Shown here in pieces: positions 19,723-29,608 of a DNA stretch of 64,000 nt. Made by a program: the position numbers and the translations under genes. The stretch is from an uncultured Acidobacteriota bacterium. GTDB taxonomy: Bacteria; Acidobacteriota; Vicinamibacteria; Vicinamibacterales; UBA2999. The notes under the pieces were generated by a model. It ran no database searches and had not been told where the DNA came from. It was given only the letters and a program-made list of their open reading frames with translations. The stretch is from NCBI GenBank assembly GCA_963723495.1, contig CAVRQR010000009.1:712627-776626 (forward strand), in the 5' to 3' direction. Positions within the stretch are counted from its first letter, which is position 1, and each line of letters opens with the position of its first letter.

Positions 19723-22700
19723 ATGCGCGCAAGTGTACGAACGCTTCTTGTGCTGGTTTGTATGATCGCCGCCCCCGCGGCCGCGTGGGCGCAGGCCACG
19801 ATCGCTGGCGCGGTCCGGGACTCCTCCGGTGCCGTCCTGCCAGGCGTGACGGTTGAAGCCGCCAGCCCGGTGTTGATTGAAAAGGTTCGCACGGCGATTA
19901 CCGACGGCACGGGTCGCTATCGAATCGAGGATCTCCGGCCCGGCACCTACACCGTGACGTTCACGCTCCCCGGCTTCGTGACCGTGAAGCAGCGAAGGCC
20001 TCATCGTCAGCGGCACGGCCGTCACGACGGTGAACGGTGAACTGCGTGTCGGCGGTGTGGCGGAAACGATCACCGTGACCGGTGAGACCCCGATCGTCGA
20101 CGTCCAGAGCACCAGGCGTGAGATCACGCTCGACAACGAGACCATTCGAAATCTTCCGAGCACGCGCAGCTACAGCTACCTGCTCACCACCGTTCCCGGG
20201 CTGCAGACCAACAACAACAACGTCAACACCGGTCCGGTGTTCGCGATTTTCCCGATCCATGGCGGCCGCGGCGTCGAATCGCGCCTGACGGTGGACGGAC
20301 TCAACATCAGCAACCCGCCCGGCGGCAACCAGCCGTCGAACTACGTCGCCGACGTCGGCAACGCATCGGAAGTGACGATGACCACGTCAGGCGGCCTCGG
20401 CGAGTCGGAGACAGCCGGCCTGACGGTCAACATCGTGCCCAGGCAGGGTGGCAACACGATGTCGGGGATGGTGTTCTACTCCGGGTTCTCGAAGGGGATG
20501 CAGTCGAGCAACTACGATCCCGAGCTGGCAGCGCGCGGCGTGCTCCAGCCGAATCCCGTGTACCACGTCTACGACTTCAACACCGCAGTGGGTGGGCCGA
20601 TCGTCAGGGACAAGCTCTGGTACTACATGAGCGTCCGCTGGCAGGGGCAGCGGCAGAACACGCTGAACCTGTATGCCAACCAGAACGCCGGCAATCCGAA
20701 CGCATGGACCTGGGTGGGCGACTACGACACGCCGGCGTTCTCGGATCGCACGTGGGAGAACTACACCCCTCGCATCACGTGGCAGGCATCGCAGAAGAAC
20801 CGGTTCACGTTCGTGTGGGATGAGCAGCCGATCTGCCGCAAGTGCACCGGGACCACCTCGTTCAGCGGCTCGCCCTCACCGACGACCTCACCCGAGGCGG
20901 ACGGGCTTGGCGACTTCAACCCGCAGCGCGTCCAGCAGGCGAAGTGGACCTCGCCGATGACGAGCAAGCTGCTCCTCGAAGCGGGCCTCGGCACCAGCGC
21001 CTACCAGTGGGCCGGTAAGGAACGCGATCCCAACCCGACCCATGACCTCGTCCGAGTGGTGAACAACGGGCAGATTTTCGTGCCGGCTTCCGCGACGACG
21101 CCTGCCGTTGTCGGCAACATGACGTATCGCTCGCAGAACTGGTACGAGAACAGAACCGCCGGGGTGAACTGGACCGCGTCGGGCACGTACGTGACCGGTT
21201 CGCACAGCATGAAGTTCGGCTATCAGGGCTACTGGTGGAAGGACGACCGCCAGATGTTCGTCAACAGCCAGAGCCTGCAGTACACGTTCAACAGCGGCGT
21301 GCCAAACCTCATCGCTCAGTACCTCAACGGGTACAAGGTGAACGCGCGCGCGATGTCCACGTCGTTCTACGTGCAGGACCAGTGGACGCTCGGCCGCCTG
21401 ACGTTGCAGGGCGCGCTCCGATACGACAATCCGTGGAGCTGGTTCCCCGAAACGACGGTGCCGGGAAGCCGTTTCTTCGAGGGTGCCACCTTTTCGAAGG
21501 CTGACGGCGTGACCGGCTACCACGACATCACGCCGCGCATGGGTGCCGCCTACGATCTGTTCGGAAACGGCAAGACCTCGCTGAAGGTGAACCTCGGGAA
21601 GTACCTCCAGGGCGCCAGCGTGAGCAACCTCGCCTATGGCGCGAACCCGGCGTTGCGGATCCCCGGCGGCGACACGACGTTCGGCGGTACGTTCGCCCCG
21701 ATCGACGAACCGCAGCTGGACGGACAACGACCGCGACTTCGTTCCGGACTGCGACCTGAACAATCCGCTGGCGCAGGGTCCGGCAACCACCGGCAGCGTC
21801 GACAACTGCGGCCAGATCAGCAATCTCCAGTTCGGCACAACCCAGCTCGTGCCGACGACCAACTTCGATCCGGGGCTACTGTCTGGATGGGGCGTTCGTC
21901 CGTCCGACTGGTCGTTCGGCGTTTCAGTGCAGCAGGAGATCATCCCGCGCGCGTCCGTGGAGGTCGGCTACTACCGGCGCTCGTTCACTCAGTTTTTCAC
22001 CGGCGGCACGGTGACCGACAACCTTGCGATATCGCCGAACGACGTCGCCGCGTACACGATCACGGCGCCAAGCGATCCGCGTCTGCCCAATGGCGGAGGC
22101 TACACGGTTGGCCCGCTCTATAACGTCAACCCGAACGTGTTCGGTCAGTCGAATCTGCTGCTCAAGTCGACGAAGGATGTCGGCGACGACACGCGCGTGT
22201 TCAACGGTGTCGACGTCAACTTCAACGTGCGGCTGAGGAACAGCCTGACGTTCTCGGGTGGCACCAGCACCGGTAAAGTGGAAAACGACTGGTGCGAGAT
22301 CCGCGCGGCGGTTCCGGAGTTCGGGCAGTACCAGCTGAACCCGTACTGCCACACCGAGTCGCCGTTCCAGACGTCGTTCCGCGGGTTGGCGTCCTACACG
22401 ATCCCGCGCATCGACGTGCTGGTGAGCACGGTGTTCCAGGACAAGATCAACGTCGGCACCGACCAGATCATGTCGCTGCAGGCCAACTACGTGTTTACGC
22501 CAGCTGACCAGGCGGCAGCGGCCGCGCAGATCGGCCGTCCGCTGACTGTGGGTGGACTGCTCCAGGCCAACCTGATCGCGCCGGGTGAGGAATACGGTGA
22601 CCGCGTCCGTCAACTCGATATGTCGGTCAAGAAGATCATGCGCTTCGGTGGTCAGCGCGTGACGGTTGGACTGGACATGTTGAACCTGCTGAACAACAAC

Positions 22701-22811
22701 GTGACACTCGCGTTCAACCAGGCGTTCTCTCCGACCACGACTGGCTGGCTGACGCCGACGACCTACATGAATCCGCGCGTCTTCCGGCTGAACGGCGAAT
22801 TCACCTGGTAA
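19723..22811 (+). pseudogene. TonB-dependent receptor, CarboxypepD_reg type (TBDR3); 2 frame changes
   Basis: Pieced from ORFs 19708..20040, 20030..22123 and 21636..22811, with shifts near 19990 and near 21705. N-terminus: TIAGAVRDSSGAVLPGVTVEAASPVLIEKVRTAITDGTGRYRIEDLRPGTYTVTFTLPGF. C-terminus: PRVFRLNGEFTW. Confidence 0.85.
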
Positions 22812-22820
22812 TCCTTCCGC

Positions 22821-22855
22821 CCCGGGATCCGCTGCGTGCGGATCCCGGGTTCTTC
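22821..22855 (+). terminator. intrinsic terminator after TBDR3
   Basis: CCCGGGATCCGC-tgcgt-GCGGATCCCGGG followed by TTCTTC, 10 nt after the stop codon. Confidence 0.7.
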
Positions 22856-23218
22856 GATGTCGAAAGACATCGTCAGTACTGCGATTCCGCCCGCCCACTC
22901 CGCAGGACCTCGACCCGTTTCCGGCCTATCACGATCGGCTCGCCTTGCTGAACTGCACGTCGATGGTTTCAGGCTGGGAGTCGAATTTTCGCCACTATTA
23001 CGTGGAATTGAACGGATCCGCCCGTGAAACGGCGGTCAAAGTTCCGTCAAGCCGATGGAGGAGCCTCGCTACGGATCTCGACTCCACCCGACCTGTCGCT
23101 TATGATCCGAAAACGACCATCTGCCGGCCGTTTCGCAGGCCGAAGGGAGAGTCGTGTCGCGACGCGCGAAGGACCAGGTAGGTAGAGTGTCCGGCAACAG
23201 CCGGACCAGGCTAAAGGC

Positions 23219-24283
23219 ATGAGCACGCTGGTCAGGGGCATCCATCACATCACGCAGTGTCCGGGACCGGCACAGCAGGATCTCGACTTCTGCACGCAGG
23301 TGCTGGGGCAGCGTCTCGTCAAGCAGACCGTGCTGATGGACGGCAGCATCCCGATCTATCACTTCTATTACGGCAACGCCGACGCCGAACCCGGATCGAT
23401 TGCGACCTCGTTTCCATACAGTCGCAAGCCCGGCCGCCGCGGGTCAGGACAGATTTCCCGTTTGAGCTACGCCGTGCCGAAGGGCACGATGGCGTTCTGG
23501 AAGGATCACCTCGATCGACACTCGGTCGAGCACAGCGGGATCGAGGAACGGTTCGCGAGGAAGTACCTCCGGATGTGGCATCCCGCCGGCATGCAGTACG
23601 AGGTCGTCGAAGCCGATGACTCGCGCCGGCCCTGGACGACGAAGTGCATCAGCGCGGACGTCGCCACCCGTGGTTTCTTCGGCGCCGTGATGTCGGTGCG
23701 CAGCATCGAAGAGCAGGAGCTCTTCTTCGTCGATGCCCTGGGCTTCCGCAAGCTTGGCGTCGATGGCCCATATCACCGGTTCGAGGCCGCTGGGGGAGGG
23801 CCGGGCAGCATCATCGATCTGCACCACGAGCCTGATCTTCCGCCGGGGACCTGGGGCTTCGGCGCCGGCACGTTTCACCACATCGCGTTCAGCGTCGAGA
23901 ACGACGAGGCACTGTTCGCCCAGAAAGCGCACTACGAAGAACTGGGCTATACGGATGCCTCGGAAGTGAAGGATCGCTATTACTTTCACTCGATGTACGT
24001 GCGATCCCCTGGTGGCATTCTCGTGGAGTGCACCGCCAATGTGCCGGGTGGTTTCTATCAGGACGAGTCGGTGGAGGAACTGGGCACGAAGCTCACGCTG
24101 CCGCCGTGGTACGAGAGCCAGCGTTCCGAGATCCTCGCGATGCTCGAGCCGGTGACCGTGCCGGACGAGAATCGACCCGAGCGCACACATCGACCTTTCG
24201 CGGGCGCGACACCCGTGGGCGCTTCGACAACGAACATTCCACTCTCGCGGAGCAACCCCGACTTTGCGCGATATCAGCGCTAG
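23219..24283 (+). CDS. ring-cleaving dioxygenase, two-domain VOC family (MhqO / LinE / PcpA-like hydroquinone-type)
   Basis: Intact 354-aa ORF with no signal peptide. Motifs: GIHHITQCPGPAQQDLDFCTQVLGQRLVKQTV..IYHFYYGN and FHHIAFSVEND..YYFHSMYVRSPGGILVE. Confidence 0.7.
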   Translation: MSTLVRGIHHITQCPGPAQQDLDFCTQVLGQRLVKQTVLMDGSIPIYHFYYGNADAEPGSIATSFPYSRKPGRRGSGQISRLSYAVPKGTMAFWKDHLDRHSVEHSGIEERFARKYLRMWHPAGMQYEVVEADDSRRPWTTKCISADVATRGFFGAVMSVRSIEEQELFFVDALGFRKLGVDGPYHRFEAAGGGPGSIIDLHHEPDLPPGTWGFGAGTFHHIAFSVENDEALFAQKAHYEELGYTDASEVKDRYYFHSMYVRSPGGILVECTANVPGGFYQDESVEELGTKLTLPPWYESQRSEILAMLEPVTVPDENRPERTHRPFAGATPVGASTTNIPLSRSNPDFARYQR

Positions 24284-24357
24284 CGAGGCTGCGCTCGGTA
24301 AACTTGATTCGTTTTGTCAGCAGTCGAGCCGGTCAAGCCGGCCAGGGGACACCGATC

Positions 24358-25360
24358 GTGATACGTCGCAGTCTTGTCGTTGCCGCGGTAGTCGTTGGCG
24401 TCATTGGCCTGTCATACCGGCTCGAAACGCCGGTGGATGCCCAGGCGCAGTCGATCGTGGTCGGCGCCGCGCACGCCATGGGGACACCCGGATCTGCAGG
24501 GCACGTATTCCAACGACGACGAGACCGGCACGCCGATGGAGCGCCCGCGCGAGCTCGAGGGAAAGACGCTGACCGACATCACGCCGGAGGAACTGCAGAA
24601 GATCGTCAAGGAGCGCAACGAGCGCTTCGTCGAGGGCGTCAGCGGCGAGGAGTTCGCGGGCGGCCTCCGGCCACCGGCGCATCTGATTTTCGATACCTTC
24701 GATCGCAAGAACAAGCAGGCGTGGCTCGTCGTCGATCCGCCGGATGGACGCATTCCGCGACGCACCGACGTACAACCGCGCCGGCCGCGCGGCGGAATCA
24801 GCACGAACGCCAACCCGAAGGGTCCGTTCAACAGCTGGCTGGACATGGGGCTGTACGATCGCTGCATCACCCGCGGCATCCCGGCCTCGATGATGCCCGC
24901 CGGCTACGGCAGCCGCTACGACATCACACAGAGCCCGGATAGCGTGGTCATCCGCTACGAGATGATCCATGAAGCGCGGGTCATTCCGCTGGACGGTCGC
25001 AGCCGTGCGGCGCAGGGGACCCGCAAGTACCTGGGTGACGCTCGCGGCTGGTGGGAAGGCGATACGCTCGTCGTCGAGACGACGAACTTCCTGCCCGAGA
25101 CCGCACCGCAGGGCTCGACCGAGCATGTCCGCATGATCGAGCGCTTCACCGCGAAATCAGCTGAGATCGTCGAGTGGCGCGTGACCTTCGAGGACCCGAA
25201 CACCTGGACGCGTCCGTGGACGTTCTCCATGCCTCTCACGAAGGTCGATCGAACACAGCAGATGTTCGAGTACGCCTGTCATGAGGGCAATCTGGCCATG
25301 CGCAACATCCTCAGCGCGCAACGCGCGGAGGAACGGGCGGCCGCTGAGGCAGCGAAGTAA
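24358..25360 (+). pseudogene. secreted 'WEGDTL-motif' family protein (paralogue P2), one frameshift near the signal peptide
   Basis: GTG 24358 opens signal peptide VIRRSLVVAAVVVGVIGLS..AQAQ (frame 1). The body is ORF 24395..25360: TPWGHPDLQGTYSN, YDRCITRG, GDARGWWEGDTLVVETTNF, NTWTRPWT, FEYACHEGN. Confidence 0.6.
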
Positions 25361-25406
25361 GCAGGGTCCCCGACGCCACGCCTGCGCGTTGGGGCGGAAA
25401 GGTTCC

Positions 25407-26288
25407 ATGAAGATCACTCTTACGCGAGCCCTGGCGGCGTCGCTGCTGCTGTTGACCGGAAGCAGCTGGGCCGCGGCGCAAACCGATTTCTCGGGTGAAT
25501 GGACGGTCGTCCGCTCCATGGATAACACCGAGAATCCATGGGTGGGCGATTTCGTCGGCCTGCCGCTCAGCCCCGACGGACTGGTCCGCGCCGAGAGCTG
25601 GGATGCGTCGATCCTCAGCCTGCCCGAGTATCAGTGCCGACCGCACGGGTGGGCGTACATCTATCGCGGCCCGACGGCGCTGCGGATCACAAAGGAAGTC
25701 GATCCCTTCTCCCGTGAGGTCGTCGCCTACCAGCCGGAGTGGCACCAGTCGACCAACATGCCGGTGTACCTCGACGGCCGGCAGGCACCGCCTCCCGAGG
25801 CAAACCATACATGGGGAGGGTTCTCGACCGCGACGTGGGAAGGCGATGTACTCCGCATCAAGACGACGCACCTGAAGGAGGATTACATCCGCCGCAACGG
25901 CGCCATGGTCAGCGATCAGGCGACCGTGACGTCGTACTGGATCCGGCGCGGTGACATCCTGACCTGGATCAACATCATTCACGATCCGGTCTACCTGTCT
26001 GAGCCGCTGATTCGCAGTTCCGAGTACCGGCTTAATGTGAACTCACAGGTACCGGCACACCCGTGCACATCAGCCTTCGAAGGCCTCGAGAAGGGCAACG
26101 TACCCCACCATCTGCCGGGTGAGAACCCGTTCCTGAAGAACATCCGAGCGCGGTATGGCCTCGCGCCGAACCTGCCGACCGGGGGCGTGCAGACGATGTA
26201 CCCGGAGTACCAGAAGACGTTACAGCCGAGTGAGTGGACCGCCGGCGATCGCAGAGCAAACGCACCGGCGACGGAGGGCCGGCGATGA
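25407..26288 (+). CDS. secreted protein of unknown function, distant 'WEGDTL' relative (paralogue P3)
   Basis: ATG 25407 within ORF 25281..26288. Signal peptide MKITLTRALAASLLLLTGSSWAAAQ. Motifs: YQCRPHGW, VYLDGRQAPP, GGFSTATWEGDVLRIKTTHLKEDYIRRNG, HDPVYLSEPLIRSSEY. Confidence 0.55.
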   Translation: MKITLTRALAASLLLLTGSSWAAAQTDFSGEWTVVRSMDNTENPWVGDFVGLPLSPDGLVRAESWDASILSLPEYQCRPHGWAYIYRGPTALRITKEVDPFSREVVAYQPEWHQSTNMPVYLDGRQAPPPEANHTWGGFSTATWEGDVLRIKTTHLKEDYIRRNGAMVSDQATVTSYWIRRGDILTWINIIHDPVYLSEPLIRSSEYRLNVNSQVPAHPCTSAFEGLEKGNVPHHLPGENPFLKNIRARYGLAPNLPTGGVQTMYPEYQKTLQPSEWTAGDRRANAPATEGRR

Positions 26289-27358
26289 GACCGACGCGCG
26301 CACTCGGGGCACTGGCAGGCGCCGTTCTCGTCTGCCTGTCATGGGCAGCCGAACGCGATGTGCTCGCACAGGCGCAGGCGAAGCCGTCCTCGGGCGACCT
26401 CAGGGTGCTCCCAATACGCGGCAATATCTATCTCCTCGCGGGCGCTGGCGCCAACGTTGTCGCCTCGGTCGGGAAGGATGGCGTGCTGCTCGTCGATACG
26501 GGCGGTGCGCAGATGGCGGACACGGTGCTCGAGACCGTGCGCGCGCTGTCGCGTATGGTCACGGCATCACCGACACCCATGAAGTCGTGCGTCGGGGTGG
26601 CGCAGGGGTGCCAGTGGTGGTCGAGCTCGGAGTTGCTGCCGACCACAGCCGGCCCGCGTGCGCCGCGGCCGATCATCGGGATCATCAACACGAGCGACGA
26701 TCCCGATCACCTCGGCGGTAACGCCGTATTGTCTGCTGCCGGCCGCGCCTACGGCGTTCGAAATATCGACAACACGTTGCCAGGTGCCTACATCGTCGCG
26801 CACGAGAACGTGACGCTGCGTCTGAGCAAGGCGGGGCAGACGGCGCTCATCGCGAGCGAGACCTATTTTGGCAGCGAGAAGAAGCTGAACTTCGTCAATG
26901 GCGAAGGTGTCGTCGTCACGCATCCCGAGTCCGCGCACACCGACGGTGACAGCATCGTGTACTTTCGCGGGTCGGATGTGATCGTGGCCGGCGACCTGCT
27001 CGACATGACGAAGTATCCAGTCATCGACCTCGCGCGAGGTGGAAGCATTCAGGGTGTCGTCGACGCGCTGAACTGGATTCTCGACGTCACGGTCGTCGAG
27101 CACATGATGGAAGGCGGCACGCTGGTCGTGCCGGGGCATGGCCGGATGACCGATGCGGCCGATGTGGCCTACTACCGCGACATGGTCACGATCATGCGCG
27201 ATCGCGTGCGCGAGATGACCTCACGCGGGATGACCCTGGAGCAGATCAAAGGCGCGCGGCTCACGCGAGACTACGACGGCCGATTCGGCAAGAGCCCGTC
27301 GTGGACGCCTGACATGTTCGTCGAGGCGATCTACCGCAGTCTCAATCCCAAAACGTAG
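26285..27358 (+). CDS. MBL-fold protein, secreted, with degenerate metal-binding motif
   Basis: ATG 26285 overlaps the previous stop (ATGA). A signal peptide is present. Beta-lactamase-fold landmarks: NIYLLAGAGANVVASVGKDGVLLVDTG, INTSDDPDHLGGN (in place of HxHxDH), AHTDGDSIVYF, VVPGHG. Confidence 0.6.
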   Translation: MRPTRALGALAGAVLVCLSWAAERDVLAQAQAKPSSGDLRVLPIRGNIYLLAGAGANVVASVGKDGVLLVDTGGAQMADTVLETVRALSRMVTASPTPMKSCVGVAQGCQWWSSSELLPTTAGPRAPRPIIGIINTSDDPDHLGGNAVLSAAGRAYGVRNIDNTLPGAYIVAHENVTLRLSKAGQTALIASETYFGSEKKLNFVNGEGVVVTHPESAHTDGDSIVYFRGSDVIVAGDLLDMTKYPVIDLARGGSIQGVVDALNWILDVTVVEHMMEGGTLVVPGHGRMTDAADVAYYRDMVTIMRDRVREMTSRGMTLEQIKGARLTRDYDGRFGKSPSWTPDMFVEAIYRSLNPKT

Positions 27359-27360
27359 CG

Positions 27361-28183
27361 ATGTCGTTCATTCATCCACGCGTCCGCCGGCGGGTCCAGA
27401 ACGCAGGACCCGCCCTACTGGCCCTTGCTCTCATCATGGCGACGTCTGCACTCCACGCGCAGCAAGGCCAGCAACCGGCCGCGCCAGCCGGTCGCGGTGC
27501 GGGCCAGGCGCCGGCCGCAGCAGCGACCGGTCGCACTCAGGCGCCATACGACATCACCGGTTACTGGGTCGCGCTCGTGACCGATGACTGGCGTTATCGC
27601 ATGCTCACACCGCCCAAGGGGAACGCCGACTACATACCGGTGAATGCCGAGGCGAGACGCGTGATGGACATGTGGGATCCCGCCAAGGATGAAGCCAGTG
27701 GCGAAGCATGTCGCGCGTATGGTGCCGCGGGCGTCATGCGCCTGCCTGGCCGCCTGCACATCACCTGGGACGGTGACAACACGCTCAAGATGGATCTCGA
27801 CGCGGGGACGCAGTCGCGCCGTTTCGTGTTTGGCACGGCGCCTCCGGCAGGCGAGCCCTCGTGGCAGGGCACATCGACGGCGCGCTGGATGTTCCCTCCG
27901 GCCGGACGTGGCCGCGGAGCTCCTCCACAGACGGGACAGCTCGTGGTGATCACCAACGCGGATGCGTCCGGGATATCTGCGCAAGAACGGCGTTCCTTAC
28001 AGCGCGAATGCGACGCTCACGGAATACTTCATCAAGCTCGTCGACGAGGAGCAGGAGTACCTGGCGGTCACGATGATCGTGGATGATCCGCAGTATCTGG
28101 CGCAGCCGTACATCAAGACCTACCAGTACAAGAAGCAGACGGACGCGACCGGCTGGAATCCCACACTCTGCTCGGCGAAGTAG
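27361..28183 (+). pseudogene. secreted protein of unknown function related to P3 (paralogue P4), one frameshift
   Basis: ORF 27361..28086 (signal peptide, GEACRAYG, SWQGTSTARW) continues in ORF 27962..28183 (MRPGYLRKNGVPYSANATLTEYF..VDDPQYLAQPYIKTYQYKK). The shift is near 27960. The gene starts 2 nt after the MBL gene ends. Confidence 0.5.
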
Positions 28184-28234
28184 CCCTTCCGGATTTTGCG
28201 GCGCGACCGGCTCGGCAGCTATGATGCCGGCGGG

Positions 28235-29422
28235 ATGGAGGTGTTTCCCGACCTGCGCGCTGGCAAAACAGAACTCCAGATCAGTGGGATCGTCGAGTTC
28301 CAGTTCCCACGGCTGGAGCGGGTCGTGTCCGGCGCAGGCACGATCGACTCTCTGGCCTCCGAACTCGATCGTCGGGGCCTGACCCGCGCCATCATCGTCA
28401 CCGGCCGAACCCTCGGTGCGTCCTCGATCCTGAGTCGAATCACGCACCCGCTTGGCGATCGATGTGTGTTCGTCTTCAAGGAGTCCAGGCAGCACGTCCC
28501 GTCGAGCTCGGTGACCAACCTTGCGCGAGCCATTCGCGAGCACGATGCCGACTGCGTGATCAGCTTTGGCGGCGGCAGCCCGATTGACACCGTCAAGGCA
28601 GCGATTCACACCCTGATCACGACAACTGGACGTTCTGCATCGACCGATGATGGGCCCACCCACATTGCGATTCCGACGACGCTTTCCGCTGGCGAATTCA
28701 CCGGCGTCGTCGGAATTACCGATGACGCCACACGAGTGAAACGCGCTGTCTCAGATGCGAGGCTCGTTCCGCGCACGGTGTTCATCGATCCGACCGTGAC
28801 GCTCGAAACGCCAGCCTGGTTGTGGGCTGCCAGTGGCGTGCGCGCTCTGGACCACGCGGTAGAGACGATGTACTCGCCGCGTCATCATCCGATGGGCGAT
28901 GCGCTAGCGTCGCGTGGGCTCTCGATGCTGCTGCAGCATCTGCCGGCCAGCCTGTCTGCTACGGGAGCAGAGCAGCTGGAGCATCGCCTGCAGTGTCAGA
29001 TAGGCGCATGGCTGTCGATCTTCGGCCTCCCGAATGCGGGGCTTGGGCTCTCGCACGCGCTCGGCCATCAGATCGGGCCGCGCTGGAATGTCCCGCACGG
29101 TGTGACGTCGTGCATCACGCTTCCGCACGCGATGCGTCTGATGGCACGTGTGGCCCCCGAGCGTTTTGGCCCGATCGCCCGCGCGTTCGATCTTGCGTTC
29201 GACGACGAAAATCCTGGCAAGGCCGCGCTCGAGAGCGCGGATCGGATGGCGCTCTTCATCTCCCGATTCGACTTGCCGCAACGGCTGCGGGATGTGCAGG
29301 TACCGCAAGACGAAGTTCGCGAGGTCGCCGGTCTCGTGCACGACATCCTGGACAAGGCGCCGATCAGCGAACGGGCCGTCAGTCGCGAACAGGTTGAAGC
29401 ACTATTGACCGGCGCCTATTGA
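28235..29422 (+). CDS. iron-containing alcohol dehydrogenase family, maleylacetate reductase-like
   Basis: ATG 28235 inside ORF 28196..29422. Motifs: FQFPRLERVVSGAGTIDSLASELDRRGLTRAIIVTG, DCVISFGGGSPIDTVKA, GLSHALGHQIGPRWNVPHGVTSC. There is no signal peptide. Confidence 0.65.
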   Translation: MEVFPDLRAGKTELQISGIVEFQFPRLERVVSGAGTIDSLASELDRRGLTRAIIVTGRTLGASSILSRITHPLGDRCVFVFKESRQHVPSSSVTNLARAIREHDADCVISFGGGSPIDTVKAAIHTLITTTGRSASTDDGPTHIAIPTTLSAGEFTGVVGITDDATRVKRAVSDARLVPRTVFIDPTVTLETPAWLWAASGVRALDHAVETMYSPRHHPMGDALASRGLSMLLQHLPASLSATGAEQLEHRLQCQIGAWLSIFGLPNAGLGLSHALGHQIGPRWNVPHGVTSCITLPHAMRLMARVAPERFGPIARAFDLAFDDENPGKAALESADRMALFISRFDLPQRLRDVQVPQDEVREVAGLVHDILDKAPISERAVSREQVEALLTGAY

Positions 29423-29483
29423 AGACGAATTCCCCGGCACTTTTCATTGACCCCAGCCGCGAACTAGAATTTTTGTGTACTGT

Positions 29484-29507
29484 GCGAACGTTTTTTCGCA
29501 TAGCGGA
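29484..29507. promoter_or_regulatory. three-half-site box GCGAA-N6-TTCGC-ata-GCGGA upstream of MetE-like gene 29609
   Basis: Read directly. It lies 24 nt after a TAGAAT hexamer (29465-29470). Confidence 0.45.
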
Positions 29508-29530
29508 AAATTTGCGACACCCGGATATTT

Positions 29531-29584
29531 CAACTCCCAACTCCCAATCACCAACTCCCAAAAGGCATTCCGCTTGGGAATTCC
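29531..29584. repeat. low-complexity element, GGGAGTTGG family, left arm plus a short right arm
   Basis: caactcccaactcccaatcaccaactcccaaaa..cttgggaattcc, in the leader of the MetE-like gene. Confidence 0.6.
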
Positions 29585-29608
29585 ATCAAGAGTGAGGATT
29601 GCTCCGTC

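Noticed and set aside
8877-22811. Programmed frameshifting or phase variation as the explanation for the broken TBDR genes.
   Set aside because: There are too many breaks per gene (up to about 10), in both directions. They do not lie at slippery heptamers or long homopolymer or SSR tracts, and unrelated housekeeping-type genes (antiporter, BamA-like) are hit as well.
22945-23181. 78-aa ORF (and neighbouring small ORFs) in the 360-nt gap between TBDR3 and the dioxygenase.
   Set aside because: It has no RBS and no recognisable motif, and its composition is unlike the neighbouring genes. The region is more likely a promoter or leader for the downstream operon.
29423-29608. Cobalamin or SAM riboswitch in the 186-nt leader of the MetE-like gene.
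   Set aside because: I could find no B12-box-like or SAM-I-like conserved cores. The leader is instead occupied by the palindromic box and a GGGAGTTGG-family repeat. A covariance-model scan would be decisive.
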